A stretch of 46,772 nt of DNA from Gemmatimonadota bacterium (GCA_039589115.1 JBDHHZ010000017.1:1-46772); one strand, 5' to 3'; counted from the stretch's first letter, positions 1 to 9,110 are shown. Notes: generated by a model from the sequence alone, not told the origin. Translations and numbers: made by a program.

Positions 1-805
1 CCCAACTGACCTCACGCCGAGCAAGATCCGGTGCCTCTCGGCCGCCGACACCCCGAACGCTGTGGCACCCTGCGCAACCTTTTTCCTCAAATGTGACGCG
101 ACCCTCGTTGGCATCTCCCGGTAGAACGTACAAGGGCCCGGCCAGTGACGGCGGCGAGATCGACTCGAGGTAGGCGATCAGATCTGTGAGCTCGGAACCG
201 GAGAAGGTCGGGCGTTCTATCCCCTTGTCCTCCATCATGGCCTGCATCCCAGGCCCGTGATTCCACATCGCTGCTGCAACCAGGATCGGTGAGCCATACT
301 GCCCGAGGTGGTCGAGGCTGGGCCCGGCCACGCCACCGTGCACACCCACCTGGTGACACATTACGCACTTCTTTTCATCGAACAGTTGCTCTCCAGCGTC
401 TGGATCGCCGGGCGGGTCGAAGTAGTCCAGCGTAAACAGAAACGCTACCAGGTCTCCCGCTTCGCGCTCGCTCAGCTGCGGGCGCTCGATACCGAGTTCG
501 TGCATCCGCTGTTCCATACGAGGGAGGTGGTTCCACATCGTGGCGGCCAAATCGTAGAGCGATCGCCGCTCCGCGACGTGCCCCAGGTCCGGCCCGAGCG
601 TTCCGCCCAACCCGTTCACCGAGTGACACTTGACGCAACCTTTAGAACCGAAGACTTGGGAGCCAGCCAAGGGGTTCTGCGTCAGCCCCCAGCGTTCCTG
701 AGCGTAAGCCGGCTGTAAGGCCCACAGAAGAAGTACAGCCACGGTCAGGCTCGAGGCTACGTCGGCTTTTCCGCTTAGACTGATTGATGGGTGCTTGCCG
801 ATCAT
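1..805 (-). CDS. Multi-domain class I cytochrome c (at least 3 hemes), truncated by the window edge; paralog of 848..2056
   Basis: Absent from the ORF track because there is no stop in the window. Manual translation from ATG 805 (GGAGG RBS upstream) gives MIGKHPSISL...LLLWALQPAYAQ (signal peptide), then CVKCH, CVMCH and CAGCH; the first two are followed by GPxL...MWNH. Confidence 0.9.
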   Translation of the reverse strand, partial: MIGKHPSISLSGKADVASSLTVAVLLLWALQPAYAQERWGLTQNPLAGSQVFGSKGCVKCHSVNGLGGTLGPDLGHVAERRSLYDLAATMWNHLPRMEQRMHELGIERPQLSEREAGDLVAFLFTLDYFDPPGDPDAGEQLFDEKKCVMCHQVGVHGGVAGPSLDHLGQYGSPILVAAAMWNHGPGMQAMMEDKGIERPTFSGSELTDLIAYLESISPPSLAGPLYVLPGDANEGRVTFEEKGCAGCHSVRGVGGREAPDLARREVSW

Positions 806-847
806 AGTGGTCCTCCAGGTCCCGCGAGTTCTTTGGCGCAGACAGCG

Positions 848-2056
848 TCACCTACTGGCGGCCAGGTCTCTCAGGTATACCGCGAGGTCTCTCATCTCGG
901 CCTCTTCGAAACGAGGCCAATCCACCTGCTCGAGTTGAATGACCGTGTACATTGCAGGGGCGTGATTCCACATAGCTGTAGCAAGCCTTATCGGCGCCAG
1001 TATGACGTCCGACTGAGAAAGATCGGGCCCGATCGAATCGCCACCGTCGACTGCGTGACAGCTGGCGCAGCCTTTCTGCGCGAACACTGCTTCGCCCGCG
1101 CGTGCGTCACCCCCGGTATCGTAGAATCGCAAGTAGTACAGGAAGGCGATAACGTCCGCCATCTCTTTGCCCTCAAACCGGGGAAAGGTGATCCCGCGAG
1201 CCCGCATCGCCGCCGCCATCTGGGATGAGTGATTCCAAAGCGTTCCGGCTATCTCCGAGACACGGAGCAGTTGAGTCGCACTGCGGAGATCCGGTCCGAA
1301 CCGTGTTCCACCGCCGCTGGGCCCGTGGCAGCTCGAACACCCCTTCGCCAGGAATAAACCGCGACCGGTATTGGGGTCAGGGGGTTGGAGGAACATGACA
1401 TCACGGCCCTGAAGGCTCGAAACCTCCCGGATGTACGCTTGGATATCTGCCATCTCTCGCCCCATGAACGAGGGAACCCCACGGAGCGTGGCCTGCTGCG
1501 CCTGCATGGCTGAGCCGTGGTTCCACATGCCTGTGGCCAGCATTAGCGGAGCTATGTAACGGGCGTAGCCGTCGAGGGGCAGGGCGGTTTGGCCACCTTC
1601 ATCACCAATCGCATGACACTCAATGCAGCGCATCTCGCGGAACCACCGCTCGCCAAGAACAGGATCCCCCGGCTCGTCGAACAGTTTCACGTAATAGATG
1701 TAGCTGATGATGTCAGCGAGCTCTTCCTCGGTGAAGGTCGGCCACTGGAATCCCCTGACCTGCACGGTTTGGATCATTTGAGGTGTGTGGTTCCAAAACA
1801 TACCGGCGAGCTGCTGCAAGCTGCGGCCGGCGCCGACCAGGGCGAAATCTGGACCGAGCGTCCCGCCATTCCCCCAGATGGCGTGACAACGATCGCAACC
1901 CCGCGCTACGAAAATCCGGCGCCCGGCGATGGGATCTCCGGGGAATGACTGGTCAGATTGCGCGTGCGCTGCCCCCACAGCCAGCAGGAATGTGCAGCAG
2001 AGCGCCCCGAAAGAGGCGAACAACAGAGTCCGAATAGCACGTGGGTTAAGCATCAC
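848..2056 (-). CDS. Periplasmic tetraheme cytochrome c (four tandem class I cytochrome c domains)
   Basis: Signal peptide ending AHA-Q; CDRCH, CIECH, CSSCH and CASCH, each followed by a (M/F/L)WNH..xM motif. Start is GTG 2056 or ATG 2053. Confidence 0.92.
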   Translation of the reverse strand: MMLNPRAIRTLLFASFGALCCTFLLAVGAAHAQSDQSFPGDPIAGRRIFVARGCDRCHAIWGNGGTLGPDFALVGAGRSLQQLAGMFWNHTPQMIQTVQVRGFQWPTFTEEELADIISYIYYVKLFDEPGDPVLGERWFREMRCIECHAIGDEGGQTALPLDGYARYIAPLMLATGMWNHGSAMQAQQATLRGVPSFMGREMADIQAYIREVSSLQGRDVMFLQPPDPNTGRGLFLAKGCSSCHGPSGGGTRFGPDLRSATQLLRVSEIAGTLWNHSSQMAAAMRARGITFPRFEGKEMADVIAFLYYLRFYDTGGDARAGEAVFAQKGCASCHAVDGGDSIGPDLSQSDVILAPIRLATAMWNHAPAMYTVIQLEQVDWPRFEEAEMRDLAVYLRDLAASR

Positions 2057-2074
2057 ATATCTCCGGCCGGCAAG

Positions 2075-3427
2075 CTACGCGCTCTCCGGCAAGTACTCAG
2101 CCACCCGGTCGGCGACCTCCCGCACAGAGTGTTCTCGTCCTTCCTTTATCTCCCAGATCGAAACAATCGGGATGAACTTGGTGGCGAGCATGTACAGCAA
2201 GATGAAGCCCGAGAACGTAGCTGCCATGATCGACAGCTCGACCCATGAGGGTAGGTATTGACCGATCGACTCGATTTCCCAGCGCGGATTCACCGACGTC
2301 GGAACCACTATGTTGAACCGCTCGAGCCACATGCCAATCATCACCGCGATTCCGGCGATAAGTGTGCCCCGAGGCGTCCTCATCGAGCGCCGCGACATGA
2401 GGGAGAGCGGTATGACGAAGCAGCCCAGAACCATGGCCCAGAAGGGGATGGCGAACGGTCCCGCCAGCTTCGCCCAAAAGGCGCGCATCTCTCCGGGCTC
2501 CCCACCGTAGAACGCGGTCAGGTACTCTGCGAATGTGAAGTAGAACCACAGCAAGCTGAACAAGAGGAGCAGGCGGCCCAGGTAATCGAAGTGAATGTCC
2601 TTGAAGTACTGTTGTAGGCCGAAAGCTCGCCGCAGCACGACCATGGCGACAAGGATGGCAGCGATACCGGAGTAGATCGCGCCCATGACGAAGTAGGGCC
2701 CAAAGATGGTGCTGTGCCACATGGGTCGGAGCGTCATTGCGAAAATCCACCCGATCACGGTGTGGACGGAAACCGCTATGGGTATCACGATGATCGAGAG
2801 AACTCCGATAACCCGCTCGAGACGCGCACGCTGCGCCGGCGTGTCGAGGTAGCCGGCAGCAAGGAACCGGTAGAAGCGGGGCGCCTTGATACCCGAGTCG
2901 CGGATGATTGCCAGGTCGGGCAGCAGGGGGACGTAGAGGTAGAGCGTGCACGAGATGAAATAGAGGCCGATGCTCGCGACATCCCAGAGCAACGGCGAGC
3001 TCAGTTGCGCGTGTAGCATGACGTTCAGCACTCGGTCGGGGCGGCCCAGGTCGGTGATCGGTTGGATCGCGCCGAAGCCGATGACAAGAACCGTGATCAA
3101 TTCCGCAGAGCGAGTGATAGAACGCCGCCACTCCGCCTTGCTCACCCGAAGGATGGCGGAGATCAATGTGCCGGCATGGCTGATCCCGATAAAGAAGACG
3201 AAGCAGATGATGTAGATGCCCCAGTAGCTGGGACGATTCAGTCCGGTACGACCGAGGCCGAAACTGACTTGCAGGTAGTACGCAAACATCCCCCAAAGCG
3301 TGATAGCCGCGAGCGAGGCCGCGACGACGTAGAAGCTGCGCGAGGTCTCGACCAACGGCCGCAGAAGGACCTGTTCGTCGGTCGACATGCGGGCCAGCTT
3401 CTCTCTCACGGCTTGTCGCATTCTCAT
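2075..3427 (-). CDS. NrfD/PsrC-family quinone-interacting membrane subunit (QrcD/ActC-like)
   Basis: WGIYIICFVFFIGISHAGTLISA, DLGRPDR, SSPLLWD and WLERF motifs, about 10 TM segments. Start moved to ATG 3427, which overlaps the upstream stop (ATGA). Confidence 0.92.
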   Translation of the reverse strand: MRMRQAVREKLARMSTDEQVLLRPLVETSRSFYVVAASLAAITLWGMFAYYLQVSFGLGRTGLNRPSYWGIYIICFVFFIGISHAGTLISAILRVSKAEWRRSITRSAELITVLVIGFGAIQPITDLGRPDRVLNVMLHAQLSSPLLWDVASIGLYFISCTLYLYVPLLPDLAIIRDSGIKAPRFYRFLAAGYLDTPAQRARLERVIGVLSIIVIPIAVSVHTVIGWIFAMTLRPMWHSTIFGPYFVMGAIYSGIAAILVAMVVLRRAFGLQQYFKDIHFDYLGRLLLLFSLLWFYFTFAEYLTAFYGGEPGEMRAFWAKLAGPFAIPFWAMVLGCFVIPLSLMSRRSMRTPRGTLIAGIAVMIGMWLERFNIVVPTSVNPRWEIESIGQYLPSWVELSIMAATFSGFILLYMLATKFIPIVSIWEIKEGREHSVREVADRVAEYLPESA

Positions 3428-4122
3428 TCTCTCGGCCGCAGATAATAGACCTTCGGTTGGGTTCCCAAGTCCTCCATCAGACGCATTACCCGAGGATCCT
3501 CTTTCAGGCTGGACACCCTGTGACTCGGGTTGTCCAGGTCGCCGAAGACGATGGCGCCGGTGGGACAGATGTCGGCACAAGCCGGCTGATAGTCCTCCTC
3601 ACGCAGTTCGCGTCCCTCGGCGCGCGCATCTTCCCGAGCCTTCTGCAGGCGGTGGTGACAGAACGTGCACTTCTCGATGACACCGTTTGGCCGAACTGAC
3701 ACGTCTGGATTAAGGTGCTGGCGCTCGGACTCGGACCACTCCGGTCCGTACCAGTTGAAGTACTTCACCATGTATGGACAGGCGTTGGCACAGTAGCGGC
3801 AGCCGATGCAGCGCGCGTAGATCTGGCCGACGATACCTTCGTCATCGATATAGGTCGCCTCTACAGGACAGACCCTTATGCACGGTGGATTGTCGCAGTG
3901 CATGCAAGGGCGAGGGTAGAAGTGCATCTTCGTATCTGGAAACTCCCCTTCCACATGCGCCATGACCCTCAGCCAACTGGTGGCGCGCCCCATATCCGCT
4001 TGGTCGGCAGAGACTGCAGCTATGTTGTTCTCGCTCTTACACGCCACCTCACATGCCGCACAGCCCGTGCAGCGGTCCAAGTCGATCACCATTCCCCAGC
4101 GTGTCATATTCTGATCCGTCAC
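3424..4122 (-). CDS. 4Fe-4S polyferredoxin subunit (NrfC/PsrB/QrcC-like)
   Basis: WGMVIDLDRCTGCAACEVAC, CMHCDNPPCIRVCP, CIGCRYCANACP, KCTFCHHR...ACADICP and GTQPKVYY; 16 cluster-type Cys. Confidence 0.95.
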   Translation of the reverse strand: MTDQNMTRWGMVIDLDRCTGCAACEVACKSENNIAAVSADQADMGRATSWLRVMAHVEGEFPDTKMHFYPRPCMHCDNPPCIRVCPVEATYIDDEGIVGQIYARCIGCRYCANACPYMVKYFNWYGPEWSESERQHLNPDVSVRPNGVIEKCTFCHHRLQKAREDARAEGRELREEDYQPACADICPTGAIVFGDLDNPSHRVSSLKEDPRVMRLMEDLGTQPKVYYLRPRE

Positions 4123-6479
4123 GTCCGTTCGAGGCGTACAAAGGTGGAAGACCAGCTCGGAAGTCCCGTGAGTGGGTCGTTCGAGCCATCGAGCAACTGG
4201 AGCGGATTAGCTGCCTGCCCGTCAGGATGGCGAAGTCCGTAAGGCGCGCAGACGGTTTCGGGTGCCGTCCCTGGAGATACTTTGAGGTGGGCTCGATACC
4301 TGCCGCGGGGCGAGACTACCCACACTTTCGTGTCGTCGCTGAGTCCCAGCGCATGCGCCGTCTCCGGAGCCACCTCGACCCAGGGGTGCCAAAGGACGTC
4401 GGGAAATATTCCCGGTTGCTCGGCGAGCCATCGCTCGAGGTTCAGAGTGCCCGAGGCCAAGGTGGACACGCGATAGGGTATGAGTCGCAACCCGAACTCG
4501 GATGAACCCTCCGCGGTTTGGTTTGCGATGTCGAGGTAGGGCCTGGGCGCCGATCCTTCCGAGTCAAGAACGCTCAGCAGCGCCGCCGGCATCAGCTCGA
4601 TTCGGTTGCTACCTGTTCGGGCCAGGCGGTGGGGGTCGGTATGATCGTAGAACAGATCGGTCCAGCCACCGCGCTCGACCAATTCTTCCCAGAATGCCTC
4701 GAAATCGGTGTGTTCCGGCAGCCACCAGCCGCGCTCCTCCATCTGGCGGTGGTGCGTGCGCTCGAAGTGACCACCCAACGTCATGCCGCGCCGGACGGCA
4801 AAGAGGCCGCGAGCCCTTTCCCTAAGCAGCCCCTCGAAGCTCTCGTATGGCAGGCTCTCGGCCACGTTGCCGCCCAAGCTTTGTGCGAGGGCAAGCACGA
4901 CATCCCCCGAATGCATCGCACCCTCATGCGGCGCGACCAGTGGCCGGGCGAGACCCCAAACCGGATACGGGTAGGTCATTGGATTCGGCGCGTCCTGCCA
5001 GCGTTCGTACGGCAGCAAGTCGGGCAGAACCACGTCCGCGTAGCGGGCGGTCTCGTCGAGGAACGGTGAGAAGCTGACGACGAAGGGGATCTTCTCGAGC
5101 GCTTCGCGCCATACCGAGGGGTGTGTGGACGAAGCGATGGGATTGGCGTAATAGAGTAGCAGCGCCTCCACCGGGGCTTCGGCCCCAGCTACGGCCTCGG
5201 CGAAGCGGAGCGCCTCGCCGCCGCTGCCGAACGGTGATTGGGCGGCGCCGATCGGCCCGCGACCTACGCCTTCGCGGGCGGTCTCGTCCAACACGGGCGA
5301 ACCCAGCGGTCCAATTGGGGCATCTTCTCCGAACAGCACTCCACCTGGGCGATTGACGCTCCCCGTCAGCACGTTGATGCTATGGACGGCCAGGCCGGCC
5401 AGTAGCCCATTCGGGGCGAACGTGACGTCCGTTCCGCAGACGGCGACAGCCGGTCGGTTTGCGGCGATCGCTCTGGCCAGCGCCGTGATCCGCGCGACCG
5501 GTACGCCCGTGATCGCGGATACTTCCTCGGTTCGGTAGTTGCGCATCACGAGCGATCGATAGCCTTCCCTGGGCTGGCCCTGCGCATCGACGAAGTCCTC
5601 GAAGCCGGATACATGCCGCGCTACGAAGTCGGCGTCGAACAGCTCGTCCCTTATCAGCACATAGGCAATTCCGAGAGCAAGCACGGCATGCGTTCCCGGC
5701 CGCACACCGACCCACTCGTGGGCGCGCGAGGCCGTGCGAGAGAAACGCGTGTCCACCTGGACGAAGCGAGGACCCCGCTCTCTCTCATCGTCCGGGCTCG
5801 CGAAGGCCACGAATGCCTGAAGCGGAGACCACCACGACTCGAACAAGGGAGCACCGAACGAGAGCACCAGGCGGGCCCGGTCGAGATCGTAGCTGGGTCG
5901 ACGCGGGATGCCGTGCATGAGCGCCATGACGGCGTCCGTTCCGTCCTCGTACTCATCGGCCACATAGTTGGGTGATCCGAAAGAGCGCAGGAACTGACGC
6001 CAAAGATCTTGCATCGTGCCAGCGCTGTAGCCCGCCAGAAGTGCCAGCGCCTCCGGTCGGCCGGCCGCCCTGAGCCCCTGCAGCTGCTCGCCGATGCGGG
6101 CAATAGCTTGCTCGCGCGTGACGGTTTCCCACTGGCCGCCGCCGCGAGGACCGTTGCGCACCAGCGGCGCGGCGAGCCGTTCTGGGTGGTAGAGCATCTG
6201 GACCCCGGCGACGCCGCGCGGACAGAGGCCCCCGCGGCTAAGCGGGTGGAGGGGATTGCCGTTAATCCTGACCAAGCGTCCGTCCACCAGGCGGCCTCGG
6301 ATCCCGCAGCGCGAGGGGCAAATCAGGCATGCGGAGTTGCGTTGCTCTTCGATTCCGGGCGCCCACCCCACGTCCACGGACTCTTCCGAGGTCCAGAGCA
6401 CGTCCTGCGTCCCTTTCAGGGCCACTGTCGCCGCGGCGGCACCCATCGTCCACAGGAAATCGCGCCGACTTGGGCTCAT
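4119..6479 (-). CDS. Tat-exported molybdopterin-oxidoreductase-fold subunit (QrcB/ActB1-like) with an N-terminal FS0 motif
   Basis: ATG 6479 with GAGGAGG RBS; SRRDFL twin-arginine signal; CLICPSRC...CPRG; GNPLHP, ADVVLP and a C-terminal molydop-binding-like region. Confidence 0.9.
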   Translation of the reverse strand: MSPSRRDFLWTMGAAAATVALKGTQDVLWTSEESVDVGWAPGIEEQRNSACLICPSRCGIRGRLVDGRLVRINGNPLHPLSRGGLCPRGVAGVQMLYHPERLAAPLVRNGPRGGGQWETVTREQAIARIGEQLQGLRAAGRPEALALLAGYSAGTMQDLWRQFLRSFGSPNYVADEYEDGTDAVMALMHGIPRRPSYDLDRARLVLSFGAPLFESWWSPLQAFVAFASPDDERERGPRFVQVDTRFSRTASRAHEWVGVRPGTHAVLALGIAYVLIRDELFDADFVARHVSGFEDFVDAQGQPREGYRSLVMRNYRTEEVSAITGVPVARITALARAIAANRPAVAVCGTDVTFAPNGLLAGLAVHSINVLTGSVNRPGGVLFGEDAPIGPLGSPVLDETAREGVGRGPIGAAQSPFGSGGEALRFAEAVAGAEAPVEALLLYYANPIASSTHPSVWREALEKIPFVVSFSPFLDETARYADVVLPDLLPYERWQDAPNPMTYPYPVWGLARPLVAPHEGAMHSGDVVLALAQSLGGNVAESLPYESFEGLLRERARGLFAVRRGMTLGGHFERTHHRQMEERGWWLPEHTDFEAFWEELVERGGWTDLFYDHTDPHRLARTGSNRIELMPAALLSVLDSEGSAPRPYLDIANQTAEGSSEFGLRLIPYRVSTLASGTLNLERWLAEQPGIFPDVLWHPWVEVAPETAHALGLSDDTKVWVVSPRGRYRAHLKVSPGTAPETVCAPYGLRHPDGQAANPLQLLDGSNDPLTGLPSWSSTFVRLERT

Positions 6480-6495
6480 CCGGTTCCTCCTCGCA

Positions 6496-7035
6496 CTAGC
6501 GGTGGCATGCGTTGCAGTCGAGGGTTTGTCCCTGCTCGCGGTGGCAGTCCAGACAGAAATCCATGTCGATCCTGACCAGCGGGCGAGCAGGTGGACGTAC
6601 AGTCTGAGCGATCGCGCCGTGGCAGTTATCGCACTCCAGCTCGGCAATCCCGACATGGCGGCGGTGCGTGTAGAACACATGCGACTCGAGGCGGAACAGC
6701 TTGTTGAACGTTAGTGCGTCGCCTTCGGCGAGCAGTGTCGTGACCCGAGCCGCCTCGGCCGACGTGCCTTGCGTAGCTTGGTGGCACATAGAGCAAGTTT
6801 GGGCATCCGGCAGCCCGGCATGCGCGCGTTTCGTCACATGCACATGACAGAACTGGCAATTGAGTCCGAGCTCCTCGGTATGCTTGCGATGGTTGAACGC
6901 GACCGGTTGCGGAACGGACGGTTTGCCCGTGACAACCACTGTGATGATGATCCCAGCAGTCAGGATCAGGCCGAGCCCCACGTAGCCCCACCACACGCGT
7001 GCGAATCCGCCGCGATCAGCGGCAGTACCTTGCAT
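6496..7035 (-). CDS. Membrane-anchored pentaheme cytochrome c (QrcA/ActA-like)
   Basis: One N-terminal TM; PQPVAFNHRKH; CQFCH, CSMCH, CDNCH, CLDCH and CNACH. Confidence 0.93.
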   Translation of the reverse strand: MQGTAADRGGFARVWWGYVGLGLILTAGIIITVVVTGKPSVPQPVAFNHRKHTEELGLNCQFCHVHVTKRAHAGLPDAQTCSMCHQATQGTSAEAARVTTLLAEGDALTFNKLFRLESHVFYTHRRHVGIAELECDNCHGAIAQTVRPPARPLVRIDMDFCLDCHREQGQTLDCNACHR

Positions 7036-7066
7036 TCTAGGTATCTCGAGTTTGGTGTTCAGGCTC

Positions 7067-7105
7067 GGAGTCTTTCCCCTGAGCGATGCTCAGGGGAAAG
7101 ACTCC
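7067..7105. other. Perfect 18-bp stem-loop inside the operon (RNA stability, processing or partial termination)
   Basis: GGAGTCTTTCCCCTGAGC-GAT-GCTCAGGGGAAAGACTCC; no U tract on the minus strand. Confidence 0.75.
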
Positions 7106-7136
7106 AGGCGTTGCCGAGGCGAATTGCTGTCCCGCT

Positions 7137-8677
7137 CTATGGAACCGGGTCCGGATACGTGGTCGCGTTCGTCAGCGCTAGGTACAAATCCAAGATCTCG
7201 GTGAGATCCGTCACCAGGCTGCCCATGGCCGTGCCTGGCTGCCCGAACTTGACCTTGTGTTGCACCTCGTACGGCTTCGCACGGAGGAAGCTGCCGACGC
7301 TGAAGCTGCCATCGACCAGGAAGGCCGTACCGTCGGCGCCGTGGCAGGCGGCGCAGCGGGCGGCATAGGTCGCATCGCCCGCGCTGGCGTTACCGCCCGC
7401 GCCGATGTTCGAGTAGGTGATCGAGCCGGTCGGGTACGTCCCGGTGGTGGAGATGTCATAAAGCAAATCGGTGTCATTCGCTTCTTCTTTCAGGAACTTC
7501 ACCAGATCCCAGACCTGCTCCTCCGTCATGATGTCACTCAGGTCGGGCATCTGGTCGCCGACCGTGGAATTCGTCACCGGATCGTACGTGGAAAGATCCG
7601 CGCTCACCGCACGACGAGCGGTGGACCTCCACAGGGCATCGAACAGTGCCTGTTCCGACATCGCCGCCGTCGCCGTCTTCAGGTTGAGCGAGGCTACGTT
7701 CGGCCGCGTTGCGCTCGGCGCACGGCCGATGTACGAGGCCGCATTGCCAAGCCGGTCCCACGCGTGGCACTGCTTGCAGCGGAAGAAGTTCGAGAAGCCA
7801 TTGAACGTCGCCAGGTTCGGATCGCTCTGATTCCAGCCCGTCTCCGCAGTCCAGAACTTGTCGTACATCGTGCCGCCGTTAATACCGTCGGCAAGCTCGA
7901 ATGCCGGATCCGGGTAGTTGGCCTCGTCCGTCAGCGCTGCGTACAAATCCAGTATGTCGTCGATGTCCGTTACCAGGCCGCTGCCCATGGCCGTGCCCGG
8001 CTGCCCGAACTTGACCTTGTGCTGCACCTCGTACGGCTTCGCACGGAGGAAGCTGCCCACCGTGAATTCGCCGTCCACGACGATGGCTGTACCGTCGGCG
8101 CCGTGGCAGGTCGCGCAGTTGGCCGCATAGATCGCATCACCGTTGGTCGCGTCACCGCCCGCGCCGATGTTCGAGTAGGTGATCGACCCGGTCGGGTACG
8201 TCCCGGTGGTGGAGATGTCATAAAGCAAATCGGTGTCATTCGCTTCTTCGTGGAAAGATCCGCGCTCACCGAACGACGGCCGGTGGAGCCCGACAGGGCG
8301 TCGAACAGCTCCTGCGGCGTCATGTCCGCCGTGACCGCCTTCAGGTTGAGCGAGGCCACGTTCGGCCGCGATGTGCTCGGCGCACGGCCGATGTACGACG
8401 CCGCTCTGCCCAGCCGGTCCCACGCGTGGCACTGCTTGCAGCGGAAGAAGTTCGAGAAGCTATTGAACGTCGCCAGGTTCGGATCGCTCTGGCTCCAGCC
8501 CGTTTCCGAGGTCCAGAACTTGTCAAACATCGTGCCGCCGTTAACACCGTCGGCGTTGGTGAATTCAGGCGGGTCGGTCACGGCGGGTCCGCCATCGTCA
8601 TCGTCGCAACCGGCCGGGCCGACGAGAATGAGGGCGACAAGCGCGAGGGCTAGGGTCCTGAAGCGAGATGAATCCAC
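7137..8677 (-). pseudogene. Tetraheme cytochrome c lipoprotein made of two tandem diheme units; frameshifted near 8250 (real lesion or assembly error)
   Basis: The 5' part (ORF 7970..8725; start GTG 8677 or ATG 8725) has a lipobox-like GPAG-C and CKQCH. The 3' part (ORF 7137..8432) has CATCH, CKQCH and CAACH. Unit 1 lacks the 100 bp that correspond to 7488-7587 of unit 2. Confidence 0.85.
7150..8555 (-). repeat. Intragenic tandem duplication (about 7150-7895 and 7905-8555)
   Basis: Long near-identical DNA stretches, e.g. 7400-7487 vs 8162-8249; repeated peptides DKFWT.ETGW.QSDPNLATFN.FSNFFRCKQCH and FLRAKPYEVQHKVKFGQPGTAMGS. Confidence 0.92.
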
Positions 8678-8828
8678 GGCGTCCACCTCCTGTGGGTCAC
8701 GTGAGCAGCGGAATCGGCTGAACATGGGTCCTCCTTCCAGTGGGCGACTGGAATGCTGCGAGATCAGAGGTCGGGCAGGCGATGGTTGGGGCCTGGCGGT
8801 TGGGGCCTGCCATTCCGTCTTTCCTAGG

Positions 8829-8845
8829 GGCAGATCTCGTACCAG
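8829..8845 (-). promoter_or_regulatory. Sigma54 (-24/-12) promoter of the respiratory operon
   Basis: Minus strand CTGGTACGAGATCTGC fits GG-N10-GC (consensus TGGCACG-N4-TTGC); a divergent NtrC-family activator gene is nearby. Confidence 0.72.
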
Positions 8846-8859
8846 CTTTTCTAAATAGT

Positions 8860-8872
8860 TAACTCATTGTTA
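8860..8872 (-). promoter_or_regulatory. IHF-like site
   Basis: TAACAATGAGTTA, one mismatch to WATCAAN4TTR, lying between the promoter and the putative UAS. Confidence 0.5.
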
Positions 8873-8917
8873 CCAGGCAACTTACAGGGAGGGTCGGTGC
8901 GGACGACCGACCGACAT

Positions 8918-8956
8918 AGGGGCAAATACCCCACTACTAATGGGGGATTTCACCCT
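8918..8956. promoter_or_regulatory. Paired putative enhancer (UAS) sites
   Basis: AGGGGCAAATACCCCA and TGGGGGATTTCACCCT; the second matches the reverse complement of the first at 13/16 positions; 23 bp apart, about 100-140 bp upstream of the predicted start site. Confidence 0.5.
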
Positions 8957-9110
8957 TCTTTACCGGCGGGGGGTATCGACGGAGTATCATTATCGCTTAT
9001 TCTTCCAGTAGTCGCTCGCGGGTACCGTTCTTGCCCGATGCTAGAATGGGCAAAAGACCCATTCGTCCGATTCAGCTCGGAACCAGGCAATCGGGAAGGT
9101 TGGACTGAGA

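Noticed and set aside
642-851. 69-aa ORF apparently coupled to the tetraheme gene (also ORFs 375..638, 87..368 and 308..718)
   Set aside because: They overlap the real cytochrome c frame (805 to the left edge), which has an RBS, a signal peptide and three CxxCH motifs.
2097-3296. 399-aa alternative-frame ORF inside nrfD
   Set aside because: Arg/Pro/His-rich off-frame product typical of high-GC DNA.
3428-6680. ORF-track N-terminal extensions of nrfD (3580) and the MopB-fold gene (6680); likewise 17866, 20038, 26295, 28396, 40164, 42972, 43849 and 46524
   Set aside because: They overlap neighbouring genes or promoters; downstream starts have better RBS, coupling or signal-peptide support.
8240-8260. 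Programmed ribosomal frameshift joining the two cytochrome ORFs
   Set aside because: No slippery heptamer, and alignment with the second unit shows 100 bp physically missing.
7257-8858. 533-aa plus-strand ORF with an internal repeat
   Set aside because: Antisense shadow of the duplicated cytochrome gene; no motifs of its own.
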